A stretch of DNA of 55,960 nt, the filler included, from Catajapyx aquilonaris (Eukaryota): assembly GCA_000934665.2 (NCBI GenBank). It is 2 parts of 2 records of this genome, joined end to end, with 100 filler letters (N's around TTAATTAATTAA, not from the genome) between each part and the next. Parts side by side here need not be neighbours in the genome. Positions count along the whole stretch, not along the records: positions 27,976 to 55,960 come from JYFJ02004987.1; 1 more part is not named here. The stretch is one strand, 5' to 3'. This document shows positions 39,919-52,990 of the stretch, piece after piece; position 1 is the stretch's first letter, and each line of letters begins with the position of its first letter. A program made the translations under genes and the position numbers. The notes under the pieces were generated by a model that saw only the letters and a program-made list of their open reading frames with translations, had not been told where the DNA came from and made no database searches.

Positions 39919-42900
39919 TCACTGGATCATTTTGCGGATCATGTAGTGCAAAATTCCGCCATTCTTAAAGTAGGCCAGCTCCACTTCGGTATCAAAACGA
40001 GCCAACACATTGAAGCTGCGTCCGTCACTCACCTGAAATTGCAAAATGAAGTCATGAAGAAGCCATAGAATACATTCAAAAAATTTAATGGGGTACTAAC
40101 CTTCACTTCCAGCACCTGGCTAGGGCGAATGTCATCTGGAATGTGGATTGAAAATTTCTCATGCCCTGTCAGTCCCAATGACTCAGCTGTTTGGCCTGGA
40201 AGGTACTGAAGTGGAACTAAGCCCATTCCAATCAAGTTGGATCGGTGAATTCTTTCATAGGATTCAGCAATCACAGCTCTAATGCCCTAAGAACATAATG
40301 AGGACATTGTTATAATATGCCATAATAATGCATAATGTACATACAGTAATAATTGTTACTTACGAGTAGATATGGTCCCTTGGCAGCCCAATCTCGTGAT
40401 GATCCTGATCCATACTCCTTTCCAGCCAATACAATCACTGGCATGTTTTCCTGCTTGTACCGCTCTGCTGCATCATACACATCCATCTGTAAAGAATGGC
40501 AAATGTTGAAACCTCAACAAAATGCAGCTATCCAAAGTAATTGCACTTGGGACTATATTAACTGAGTCGAAAAGTTTGCAAGTGACACACTGAGATCATT
40601 GTTAAACTGCAAGCATCATCACTCAATACTTCTTTATTATAATAACTGTAATTCAATACCCAATAATAGGTCTACTTGGGCCTTTAGGTCACAGGGGCTC
40701 ATCTTTTTAACCCCCGACTTTATTAATTGCCTCTGCTGGATTCTGATTGTAGGAGGAAACAGGAGAACTCTCCCAAAAAACAATGAGAACATGGAGAGAC
40801 CCAACTGAAACATTTCCCTTATGTGCAATTCCCCTGTTCGATCTGGGGATTGAACATGAGACCTCAGAGGTACCACACTGTGATGATGACTATTATACCA
40901 TCATGCCATGCTAATACTGCTCTATTATTCTCCTTGATTAGCAGGGCAGTTATTGACCTTACAATTGAAAGTTGATCTTATGTTTAATCTAAGCATTCAA
41001 ACCAACTTTGGTAGCATTGGAAGTGTGACTGCCATACCTCTTCCCCTGATGGAATGTGAATTGTCTTTGCACCTGCTTTCCCAATGAACTTGTTCATCAG
41101 ACGGATGTTGGCAAATGTTCCTCTTGCCATCACATCATCATTCCCACGGCGTGATCCATATGAATTGAATTCTCTTGGAGTCAGGCTACAATTAAATTTG
41201 TTTTCGATACCTTCACAGTAAGGAGATGACCTTGCAAAGCAATGACCCAATGGAACCCAGGTCAAAGTCCAAGTAATAATTTGGAATCAAACTACACTTT
41301 TTCATGGAATTGACATCATAAATTTACAACCTACTGCTGTGATGACCCTTTAGGCTTATAATGTCAAGTACAAGGAATCACCACTCAATTGAGTTTTGGT
41401 GCAGAAAACTTTCTTATATAACCACACAATGTTTACACCCTGCTGGACTTTGACTATTGTTCAATTGGACCATTTAATAAAATGATACATACCCTCGAGC
41501 ACCAAGATACCGAGCAGCAGCACTATTGCGAGCTATGCTTCCAGCAGGAGAAATATGGTCAGTGGTCACTGAATCACCCAGGTTCAGTAAAGCATGAGCA
41601 TCAACAATTGCCTCAAACTTGGGAAGATCCTGAAAGCATTGTGGTTAAAATACAGTATTACTTTGATGCAAGGTGTAGGCAGATAATGAAGGCTACACCA
41701 TCACCACTCCAAAAACTATGGAGCAGTGTCATAAGGACCTACACTCAATTTCAAAAGGAACAAAACCAAAACAATTAACCTCATTCACCCTAAGTGGGTG
41801 GGTGTAGAGTGTATTGATTTATCTCATTATTGCCGAAAAGCTTAAAATGTACCATCACAAAGCAAGAAGATGGAGATGACTGGTCACAGACTGACCAAGA
41901 GTTCTCTGGAATTTCTTAGACATAATTATGGGAGCTTACTACTGCATACTGCTATGTACTATATCGCTCAAAAACATATGAGACGATTTTGCGTTTGATT
42001 CAAGTGCAGGCTGCACATGAGTCAAATGCAAAATCGTCTCATATGTTTTTGAGCGATATAGTACATTCTTACCTTAGTCATGGTTTCAAAGAATGGTGGA
42101 CGTTTAATATAAGTTGACCGACTGTCCCATGGATAGAGGCTGCCATCTGGAGCCTCCAGCTTATTCCAGGTGGAATTGCCATCTTGGAGCTTGGAGTACA
42201 CTTCGTTGAACATTGCTGGCAGAACATACTTGTGCTCTACTTCTTGAATCTCATTTCGTAATGGCCACACATCACGCAAGAAGATTGGCTTATTGTTTGA
42301 ATCGTACCCTATTTTGATAAAAAACCATGTATAAAATTTTTTAACATTCATAACATACGAGTAGATATTGCTTACCCAAGGGATCAACTTCAAAGTCAAT
42401 AGCCATAGTGCCAGCAATTGCATATGCAATGACTAAGAGAGGAGATGCAAGGTAGTTTGCACGAGTGTTGGGATGAACTCGGCCTTCAAAGTTGCGGTTG
42501 CCAGAGAGAATGCCACAGCATACAAGATCACCCTGTAACAGAAAATGCAAGCCTCATGCACTTCTCTTGGGAGACATTACACATACCTTATCAATAGCCT
42601 CCACTACAGGATCAGGAAGTGGCCCACTGTTTCCAATGCATGTCATGCATCCATAACCAACAATGCCAAAACCCAATTTCTCCAGGTAAGGAATGACACC
42701 ACTTTCCTGGAGGTAGTAAGTAACCACTCCAGATCCAGGTGAAAGACTTGTCTTGATTGCAGGGGACACTGACAGTCCTGCCTCCACTGCCTTCTTAGCC
42801 AACAAACCTAAAAATACATCAGTGTATACCTAATTGAAGCTGTCTCTGTTGCTGTAGGAAGTCATGTTGTAGGTATGCCATGTACCTGCACCAAGCATGA

Positions 42901-45900
42901 CAGATGGGTTGCTGGTATTGGTGCAAGATGTTATTGCAGCAATAACAACTGAGCCATGCTTCAGAACATATTCTTGTCCATCCAACGTCACAGGCATAGT
43001 AGTGCTGAGTTTATCTGCTGGGATTCCGAAGCCTTTGAATCCAACCTGTTTTTTATTTGAAAAAATAATACATGAAAGTTACTGGTTTCAATTGAGTGAC
43101 ATTCAAAACTACGACGAACATGATCAAAGTCTCAAATGAGGGCTGTGGGGGAAAAACATGATAACTGACATTTTTGTCATTTTTTACCTAAACACCTAGC
43201 AACTATGTATAAGACATGACGAACAGTTTGGTATACTCCAAGTTCATGTACCATGCATGAGACGGCCACACAGACTAGATCAAAACCAGCATTCCCTATG
43301 ATTTGTTAAGCAAATTCAAACTTCAATCCGCTCTCCTGAAAAATAACTCTTTTGTCAGTTATCATGTTTTTCCCCCACACCCCTCAAATATATGAGCACT
43401 CAAATGAACTTACGACAGAATTCCAAAAGTACAGTTTGTACGTAAATTATTTTAAATATTGTTCCCCAATAATAATAATCAACATAGACACATGATTCTT
43501 TAGCTTCCACTAAGCACAAACACCACTTAATTTAATAATAATAATTTTTCAAACTGTGGGAGTATATTTTGTAAGCCTACATCAAGCATTTTTGCTGCCA
43601 AGCCTATTCCTTCAGATCTCGTGTCACTCCTTCAGGGGTCTTTTGCAAAGAATTTTCTGGGAAGTGTGAAACTAGGAAAGGTTATTTGGTGAAAGATCTT
43701 GACCAGTTCTGACTAAATGGTCAAAGTAACTGTTTGAATGTTTGAGTAATGCCTACATATGAACTGTCTACTTGCAGATACTGCTGTGCATCTTCCTCCT
43801 GAAATTCAAGTGAACATCTCTGATCATTCTGCAAGCAGTCCAAACTGTGGTCCAGACCTTGCAACAATTGACCTTAATTTGTATCACCATCTACAAAATT
43901 TATCTGCCAGGCAAAAATACAGAGAGGATCCAAGAGATGAAGGAATGTTTTTCAGCAAGAGTCAACAACATCAGCTAACAAAATCTGATACCATAAACCA
44001 TAGTAAATTTTATATTAGTAAGCTAGATATTGTTTGAGAAATCAGCCCTGTCTTTCATTATGGTGAGCTGCTACTAATGGGGAGCAGGTAGTGTCATGGC
44101 TGTCACCTCTGTAGCACAATCTGATATCAAAACCATGAATGTAAATCACAAGCCCGATATCAAGTGCTCAGAAACATAAAAAATGTAACAAAATATTCAA
44201 TAAACGGTTGATACAACTTCAGAAAAAAATCAGCTTATAGCAATAATCACATTATCACATAAAACAAGCTTCAACATGTATATGGTAGGTACATAAATGA
44301 GTTCATATCATAAATTCTCTAATGGCATAAAAAAGATAGAAATGGCATTTTAAAACTCACTTTGCTAGCTAAACAATGCTGAAAATCTTTCTTCATGTCA
44401 GCAACATTAACACGGTCATGAGGTCTCTTAGGCCCACTCAGAGATGGCACTACAGTTCCCAAATCCAGTTCGAGCACCTGAGTGAAGTGAGGGTACTCGG
44501 AAGACTCATAATCACAGAACATATCAACACGACGAAGGTATTCCTCAACGTATGTGATCTTTATGTCGTCACGATCTGTAAAAGGTATTGTAAAAATTCA
44601 GTTCAGTTCACTAATAAGAAAGTCACCCGTGAATAAAGACAAAACTGCATTTGAACTTAGGTGCTTACTTGTCTGGCGAAGATAGACAAGGCTCATTTTG
44701 TCTACTGGGAAAAAACCCACTGTGGCACCATATTCAGGGCACATGTTGCTGATGGTAGCCCTGTCAGCTATAGATAACTGGCTCACACCAGGTCCATAGA
44801 ACTCCACAAACTTTCCCACCACACCAATTTGGCGCAAGTTCTGCAAAGGAAATTGGAGAAAATAATGTAATTGACATTAACACTAGTAAAGAACTACGAT
44901 GAAATTGAGAGAGAGCCCAAACTGTGGAACTGGGAAATACACATTATAACTAGTTACCTTTGTAACAGTAAGAACCAAATCAGTTGAAGTAGCATACTGG
45001 TTCAGAGTACCAGTCAGTTTGTACCCAACAACTTCAGGAATAACCATTGAAATTGCCTGTCCAAGCATAACTGCCTCTGCTTCAATGCCTGCAAAACAGA
45101 AGCCACACATTGTATTTGTGCTACAGATACAAAATAATGCACTAACAATAAAAATATTATCCCCCCCAGGCATGACTTTTGCTCTGGGCTGACCTGGCTG
45201 CATCTTCCTATGTGACTTTGAAAATGGGAACTATAGCAAAAGGGGAGGGTTTCACATCACACTTGGCTATACTCAGCCCAATCACAACTTACCAGGACCT
45301 TGAAAATACAAGCCCTGCGTATTCACTTGCTACCATTCTCTGTGAATTCACAGAGATAAGTGCACCTGACATTTTCACTGAAACAGGTGTGAGATAAATT
45401 CCGAGACATCATATCCGCTCAATGGGGAACTAGCCTTGGTCTGGGATTTGGGATTTTTGTTCATAACTAGCTAGCCCATGCCCGTAAACATACATTCCAT
45501 CACTCTGTTGCATCAAAATGACATTACTGGATAAATTACGGCACATTTAAAAGTGCCTTCAAAATTGGCGGGAAAAACGCGGAGGCCAATCGAAAGGGTA
45601 CACCGAAATGCCTGGTTGACTGCGAGATATGAGGAATTTGACCTTGAATTAACCGCGGATGCGACGGAAAGCATTCGCAAGGCGGCTGTAGGCCATCGAG
45701 GTGGAGAAAGGGGGCCTTCATGTGCCGAATTCGGGTGACAGATAATTCCTACCAGTTGGCACCACTGTCAGCACAGAAGCGACTGAAGCGGCCTGGAATA
45801 AATACGTGCCCCGGCCACTATCTTCCTCACGGAATGGGACGGTTGCTAACACGAGCGAAGCGTTTTACAACAATGACGGGGCGCGTTCTATAACACCCTT

Positions 45901-48900
45901 TTTGCGTTCATTTCACTTCGCGTGACGTCAACATTTTCTAGGGAAACAGTGACGTCACCATTTCCCTACATAAAAACCCCAATTACTCCGGAACGGGAAC
46001 TGATATCTTAAAACGGAATATGCCAAAAAAATCCAAAAAATATGGGCGAATTTATTATGTAGTTTCCAAAATGAAGGCTAGTTCCCCATTGCAGAAATGA
46101 CCTTAACCTTGTGCAAAATTTACAGCAGTAGCAATAACAGCACACATGTAAAACACGATGGTGCAAAAGCTGTGCATTTCCTCTTAGATTTAGGTTTCAT
46201 GAGATATACTAAAAAGAAATTATTTTAGTTGTTTTTGTTCATTTAGGCTCCATGACAGAAACAATCACACTTGAAATCCCATCAAGTCACTGCTTATGCA
46301 CTGGCTTGAATGCTTGGCCAGGAGGAAAAGGGTATGGATAAGAGGTGGGATAGACCTATAATGTCCCCAATGGATCACCTGCAAATGTCCTTATGCAAAT
46401 ATTTTTTCACCTATTACGTGCAATACACAAAATCATATTTACCCATTCCCTCCTGCCCAAGTATTCAAGCCAGCACAGCCAGGCACTGATGTCATGGCAA
46501 ATGCAATAATATCTGTCATGGAGCTGAAGTCAATGAAACCAGCTCAAGTATTTTGATCCTAGAATATCTCAATGAACCTAGATCCAAGAGTAAGTGCATA
46601 CCTTTTGCACCACTCGCACTCGTTCCACTCCTCAATTGGATGGTGTTATGCATTAATGTGCCAACCCACAAAATGTCAAAATTGAGTTAAGCCCAGGAAC
46701 ATATACCTAAAGGATCCTACTTCATTCAGTGAAAATCACGCTGGCAAAATCGGCATACTTCTATCATAAATGACCGAAAAGAACACTGAATTAATTTCAC
46801 AGACTATGACCTTCAAAGCCATTTTCTCAAAACTGTTCTCATGTGGGTTGACTCATTATTATTGCATAACACCATCCAATTTCTACTTACAAATAATAAC
46901 TAGAATACAAGCTATATGAAGTGAACTACTTCATACCTCCAACACCCCATCCAACAACTCCTAATCCATTGATCATTGTGGTGTGTGAATCAGTTCCCAC
47001 AACAGAATCCGGAAATACCAGCCCTGATTCATCAAACACAACTCTAGCCAAGTACTCCAAATTTACTTGGTGGACGATCCCTGAGCCAGGTGGAACAATC
47101 AGCATGTTCTTGAAGGCCTTTGCTCCCCACTAAATAATTCAGAAAGTTAACAACTGCAAAATTCAATTCTTTGCCAGACTGAGCATTGCACTTACTTTTA
47201 GAAACATAAAACGTTCCCGGTTCCGCTCAAATTCCATCTGTTGATTCTTCTGTAGGGCATCAGGCCTGTGAACAAGGAGCAATTAAGAAACACAGAGAAG
47301 AAGACACTGCAAAACTTACTCTCGTGAAAAATCCACTTGTACAGAATGGTCAATCACCAAATCCGAAGGGCAAATTGGATTTATTACTTGTGGATCACCG
47401 CCAAGTTCCTTCACGGCATCCCGCATGGCAGCAAAGTCAACAACAGCAGGTACGCCAGTAAAGTCCTGCATAAAATGTAGTATTGGTCAGTGGACATCAT
47501 GTAGGGGTGCCGCAAAAAGAATGAATGTCATATAGTTTCCTGCCGTTACGCCCTGCCAAAATGGAATTAGAAATCGAAGGTGTTCTAATTTTATATAATA
47601 AGTGTCATAATACTGGTTGAAATGTAATGCAACTCTATTTACTATTTTACTTTTCACTATGAAATATTGCTTATGACTATTTGCAAGAGTGTAAAGTTAG
47701 GAGTACCTTCAGAATTTTCAGTGCATAGGGGTGCCTCGAGCAAAAAAAAAGGTTGGAAACCAACTGGTATAGGTATATGCCTTCTCTTACGCATCACCAG
47801 TGGGCACGTGCACAGATTTCATTAGAACCATTTTCAACCCTTTATGCTGCAGTGTGCAACTTACAGATCATTTACTCGCAATGCCTTAACTATCTCAGTG
47901 TATTCTTATGGACATTTAGTGAAGTTTCACCTTTTAATCAGAGGACAATCTGCATAACACTGTAGTTGCATATACAGGGTGTTCCAAGTATTTGGGTCAC
48001 TTCTTGATAGCTGATATTGCCCGATATCAGTTATCAATAAGTGTCCCAAATACTTGGAACACCCTGTAGATTATGCTTAAAATGTGGGCAAGTAGGGGCA
48101 AAGGTTTCACCAGAAGTGTGGGTGGAAGTTACTGCCATAAGCAATGACAAAGTGGGTTGCTAGATATATGTAACACATATAGAAATATTTATACAGGGTA
48201 AAGGGAAACTCGCGGACAATAGCCAGGTAGACTGATAATACTCGCAAAACTAATATAGGGATGTGCAATAGTTTTGGGCTCCGTTGCGTAGTTCATGCGT
48301 ATGGCGCCGTCAAAGTTTCGTGACGTCACATCCATTCTTCCAGCTTCGAAGAAGCAAAAGTCAGCTCGAGGGCCTCTGGTTCCTTGCATGTACCCTAACA
48401 CATCATCCATATGCAATAGGTGATCAAATCCCGTCAGAGTAAGTATCCGGGAACGACACCAGTGCACTTTGTCGTTTTTACCTCGTATTTTACCATCCGG
48501 CCCTCTACACTTTAAAGGCGCCGTACGCATTAACTACGCAACGGAGTCAAAAACTAATTGCACATCCCTATATTAGTTTTGCAAGTACTATAAGTTTAAC
48601 TGGTGATTGTCCGCGAGTTTCCCTTCACCCTCTATAATATAATAATAATATAATAATAATTTGGGTATAGTGCCTACCTCTTCAGAGGTCTGAGCAGACC
48701 TTTATTTGTCACATGGGTAAGTTACATGAATTTGACAATGTAGAATTGGCCCTTGGCCCAAGGGCTGGGTGACTGGGAGGGATGTGCAAGTGCAATGTCA
48801 TTTGCTGTGGACATTTTGTGAGCTCCCCTGGGTGGTTCGGCTATCGGAAATCCCACCCTAGACAAGCAGGAGATGCCACAGAACTCCGCACGAGATGAAA

Positions 48901-51900
48901 GGGGGGGAATGCCCAGGCTTGGTATCGAACCCGGGACCCTTCCATTCGTGGGCGCGTGCATTACCACAGCGCCACTTCGCCTTCCCAGCCCTTCACCCTC
49001 TATATGCACTATTACTACCTGGTAAATTGCAACCTCATTTATGATTGGTTCAAGGGATAACTTCCTCCCATACTTCTGATACAGTCTTGGGCTCAGTGCC
49101 CACCAGCAACCATTTAAACATAGATCTCACATGCTAGAACCCTTCTGCTGTAAATAAGGGATTCAGGAACAATGCTAAATGAATTTTTAAATTTTCCATT
49201 CTTGCCAGTTCCAGCATATCACATGTCTCTTGAGGAACCACAGTGGATATTGAAAACAAATCCTAAAACCACACACAGTACGAAGCAAAACCATGGATGT
49301 AACTTTAAAATTAACAGTGGTAAACTTACAGAAAATCTTATTTTTTAACGGTGAAGCTCATAAAAGTCTAAACTTCCTGCTTATTAGTGTTATCTTTCAA
49401 GACAAGAAACCAGCCTTGATTACAGATTACTGACCTGCAAAATTACTCGAGCTGGTTTAAAGGCCACCTCCACACCCCCTTCAACATGCTGGTTCTCTTG
49501 CCACTGCAGGATATTTTGCACATCCTTTTCGGTCACTTGGAAATTGTCGCAGTTTCTGACAGCAGATTCCAGTAAAACACGAATTGAGTATGGTAATTTT
49601 TCTGAAAAAAGAGAAAAACATTTGTCATTAATATAAAAACCTACACATATTTAGCATTTCCACATGCTGTCATAGTTGGATTTCCAACAACCCAATGAGA
49701 TAGCTCATGGAGATTTCAGGTCCTGACAGATGCAGTGTTGTCATGTCATTGGCCATTGTGCTACCCTTCTACTGAAAAAATATGAATTTAAGACATAACA
49801 TTTGTCACTCAATACTTACTATATTTATCCACTCCAAGCGCAGGTAGGTCATAGTACCTATATTCTTTCCCACCTATATTAAAAGTCTTGAGGATCTTGT
49901 TGTACGGATTTTCTGTAAAGAACAAATCAAATATTACTTCGAAAAATAAAAATCACACCAAGATTTCAGAATTATTAAAATCATGTATTGCTGCATTAAG
50001 TAGAATTTTCATCCGTGATTGTACATTAACCTGGTAAATTAATGCACTTCCATTTCATGATATTAAGGCTGAGCTACTGGATGCAGCCACACCTTTTTTT
50101 TAAACAGCATACAGGGTGTTTCAGAGTCACGGGTCAAGTGCGCACGAGGGGGTGGGGAAAAATCGTAGGTGGCGACAACCCCGGTCGGTTTTATAAAACA
50201 ATTATAAATAGGGGAGTAATCAATTATTTTATTACGGCGTGACATCACATCCTTTCTGTTCGAATTGACTGGTGCGGACTGGCAGGTGCTGTGGGTTGAA
50301 CCTGGTTGAACGGCTTTTTAGCCTTGCAGGTTGCACTGAAAAAGGCTCTCTCACCGGCAAGGCAGGGTACTGTACACACTACTGTGCAGTAGTACACTAC
50401 TTTGTACAGTACCCTCCCAGTATAGCATGAGAGTGCCTTTTTCAGTGCAACCTGCAAGACTAAAAAGCCGTTCAACCAGGTTCAACCCACAGCACCTGCC
50501 AGTCCGCGCCAGTCAATTCGAACAGAAAGGATGTGCCGTCACGCTGTAGTAAAATAATTGATTACTCCCCTACTTATAATTGTTTTATAAAACCGACCGG
50601 GGTTGTCGCCACCTACGATTTTTCCTCACCCCCTCGCGCGCGTTTGACCCATGACTCTGAATCACCCTGTATACAGTGTGTTCCAAGTAATTGGGTCCTT
50701 TTAGTTCTTGCAAATTTGGCCTGAAGTTGTTATATTTGTGCAGCATTTTGGTCCCCAATCGAGGTGCCAAATTATTCACAGGTGTGGTCAAATATAGCAA
50801 CTGCTATGTAATTGGGGCACCTCGATCAGGGCACAAAAGCTACACAAATATAACAACATTGGGAGAAATTAGTGATAACTGATAGGATCCCAATACTTGG
50901 AATGCACTCTATTCCACAATGAACCTGGAGCTGCCAAAGATGAAAATTGCAGAAATTTTAGCCAAGGCAGCTGACAAAGTGGTGAAAATATCTCAAAATC
51001 ATAGGCAAAGTCTGTTTTTCTAACTTTTTTTTGCAACACATTCCGTGAAAGTATCGTCATATTGTATGAGCTTCATGTACTGAAACTAGTTTGTTGAAAT
51101 TTCAAACTTGAAATAAGGTACACAATGACCAAGAAGACATAATCTTGGAAGATATTTTTCACAGATTACAATGCAATTAACATGCTTGGATAAGTTTATG
51201 CACTTTTTATGCTAATTATGAACATATACAGGGTGGTCCAACCTCAAGTGTCGTTTTATAACGGCGATTAATAGCAGTGATTTTGCGATGACGTAGCAGC
51301 AACGTGTAAAATGTCCCACTTCGACGCCATCGAAAATATTAGCTGCCAATAGCACCACACATGTAATCAACCCTGCTGCTGGGTTGACCTGGAAAAAAGG
51401 AGGTGCACATGACCTGCGATGAGTCTGAATGAAATGGGTGACGCCCAAGGCACCAGATTGGCATTGGTGCCGCATGTGGTTGCACAGGGTTCATTACATG
51501 TGTGCTGCTATTGGCAGCTAATATTTTCGATGGCGCCGAAGTGGGCCATTTTACACATGGCTGCTATGATAATCGTAAAGCGCTTCTATAAATAGCCGTT
51601 ATAAAACGACACTTGAAGTTGGACCACCCTGTATAATGGCACATTAATGGACTTCTTGATGACACTCTTGGCACACACAAGGTTTATGCAAACTATTAAG
51701 CAGTTGTTAATTAGTATTCAAAGATTGGTAAGTTTTTCCAGTAAGGATTCTGGTAAACTGAGGGCTACAAAAATGATATGTATTGATACACAAAACAATG
51801 GTATGGATGTCAAGAGGAATGTTCTGCTTTAACTTGAATTATTGAATGGGGTTTAATTTTTTATTTCAGCTGATTGCATTTGCACCACCTTATGACCAAA

Positions 51901-52990
51901 CTCACTCGCCCAATATTCCACACTTAAATGTTTCCATCACTGATTTATAAATTAATATAATGTAGGAGAATACAGTACTAGAATTTCTTGTTATGTAACT
52001 TATGCATGCTGCCAACATCACGCAACTATTCATGATGCAAACTACTGACATTTCGCAACATCAAGATTACTCTTATGACCCTTGCAAAACAAATCAAAGT
52101 GTGCCTCTGATCAACATGCAAAGCCATGTGATAAAACACAGGCTGCTCATTCACCCATGATAAGATACATATCAGATTGCCTATATTTTTAAGCTATTGT
52201 CCAAATGAAGAAACGAAACAATGGTTAAAAACAGAAGCATTGTATAGTACAGCGCAATTTCTGAACCTTTGGCTTTTGATATTTTCAGCACTAAAAGGAT
52301 TCAGGGGGAGGCATAGTGGTGCTGTCGCAATGTACACATGCCCACAGACGGAAGGGTCCCAGATCCTCCCCCCTCTCATTTCGTGCAGAATTAGGTCATC
52401 TCTGGCTTTGTCATGGGTTTCTTCTAGACTAGCCAATGCATAAAATGACCAACATTACACTGGTTAAACACATACATAAGTCAAGTTTGAAGTAAATCAT
52501 TCAAAAGATTCCAGTCATCATGATGTAATCATTTTTATGGTCACACCAGTAATGTTGTAACACCTGAAAAACCTAGCCCTCTTGAATAATTTGAAGTCTA
52601 CTGCAGTTTAGCACTTCCTTTCCCTAAGTGTAAAACTAATACTTCCCTAAAGCACACTCCACATTTTATACACCCAGGCTATCAAAATCCAAATTACTTT
52701 TATTTCATGCCACATGAATCAGCACATATGTAGGCTACTATATCACTCAAAAAGTCTGAGAATTTCCAACTTCTTATAACGCTAGATAAAGTTCAATCAT
52801 GAACTCTCTCAAGTTCCTTCCCGTAACAAATAGCGCTATAAACTAATCCACATCAATCAACGATTTTCGGACACATCAGATCCAGGCTTTCTTAATACCC
52901 GTCAGAAAACGGCGAAGGAACCCTACATCTATAATTTCGTAAAGTAAAACGCAAGAAAAGAGATGTATAGTTACCCATCCTGGTCGCCAT
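39919..52990 (-). CDS. ACO1: Cytosolic aconitase / iron regulatory protein 1, 18 coding exons, ~894 aa
   Basis: Exons (minus): 52975-52990, 49820-49912, 49435-49601, 47320-47465, 47196-47265, 46937-47129, 44958-45088, 44669-44840, 44361-44575, 42886-43045, 42587-42807, 42376-42532, 42073-42308, 41493-41629, 41038-41185, 40364-40486, 40101-40286, 39919-40032 = 2685 nt, in frame. Motifs [80 protein letters not shown]. No mitochondrial leader. The 16-nt first exon is the least certain. Confidence 0.96.
40740..40909 (-). mobile_element. Decayed tRNA-derived SINE remnant
   Basis: Minus strand ggcatgatggtataatagtc...gtctcatgttcaatccccag shows A/B-box-like spacing. Confidence 0.35.
41954..42066. 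repeat. 113-bp near-perfect hairpin (mini-MITE) in an IRP1 intron
   Basis: atgtactatatcgctcaaaaacatatgagacgattttgc... pairs with ...gcaaaatcgtctcatatgtttttgagcgatatagtacat. Confidence 0.9.
43138..43385. mobile_element. Sola-like MITE (GAG...CTC termini, 4-bp AAAT TSD)
   Basis: aaat|gagggctgtgggggaaaaacatgataactgaca ... tgtcagttatcatgtttttcccccacacccctc|aaat. Confidence 0.7.
45420..46091. mobile_element. Non-autonomous TIR element (18-bp TIR caatggggaactagcctt)
   Basis: Perfect TIRs at 45420-45437 and 46074-46091, CpG-rich interior, second partial copy at 27779-27875. No TSD seen. Confidence 0.7.
46154..46616. mobile_element. Old foldback MITE with CACGATG terminus (Transib/Chapaev-like)
   Basis: cacgatggtgcaaaagctgtgcatttcctctt...ctccatgacaga...ctggcttgaatgcttgg is inversely matched by ccaagtattcaagccag...tctgtcatggag...aagagtaagtgcataccttttgcacca. 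Confidence 0.55.
47488..47766 (+). mobile_element. hAT (Charlie-like) MITE remnant
   Basis: The end ggggtgcctcgagcaaaaaaaaggttggaaaccaactg resembles the common hAT MITE terminus aaaaggttgggaaccactg. Confidence 0.35.
47975..48066. mobile_element. Tc1/mariner-type hairpin MITE (TA|CAGGGT...ACCCTG|TA)
   Basis: cagggtgttccaagtatttggg...cccaaatacttggaacaccctg with TA on both sides. Confidence 0.85.
48194..48632. mobile_element. Tc1/mariner-type MITE with ~115-bp TIRs
   Basis: ta|cagggtaaagggaaactcgcggacaat... / ...attgtccgcgagtttcccttcaccctc|ta. Confidence 0.8.
48637..48988 (-). mobile_element. tRNA-derived SINE (family A), full-length copy with 16-bp TSD
   Basis: TSD cccttcaccctctata at 48621-48636 and 48989-49004. 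B box gggttcgatacc and (TTA)n tail. Confidence 0.85.
50112..50669. mobile_element. ~560-bp almost fully palindromic Tc1/mariner-type MITE
   Basis: ta|cagggtgtttcagagtca... / ...tgactctgaatcaccctg|ta. The arms pair over ~250 bp. Confidence 0.9.
50674..50909. mobile_element. Tc1/mariner-type MITE related to the 47975 element
   Basis: ta|cagtgtgttccaagtaattgggtcct ... aggatcccaatacttggaatgcactc|ta, with internal inverted repeats. Confidence 0.65.
51229..51631. mobile_element. Tc1/mariner-type MITE with ~145-bp TIRs
   Basis: ta|cagggtggtccaacctcaagtgtcgttttataacggc... / ...gccgttataaaacgacacttgaagttggaccaccctg|ta. Confidence 0.88.
52304..52460 (+). mobile_element. tRNA-derived SINE (family A), decayed copy
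   Basis: gggggaggcatagtggtgctgtcgcaatgtacacatgcccac...catttcgtgcagaatt matches the heads of the 28383 and 48988 copies. Confidence 0.6.

Noticed and set aside
24375..52990. An iron/ascorbate gene cluster (GULO-like + F-box/LRR as FBXL5 + IRP1)
   Set aside because: No hemerythrin domain is visible in either F-box/LRR gene, both look disabled, and an artificial linker separates GULO-like from IRP1. Adjacency is probably coincidental.
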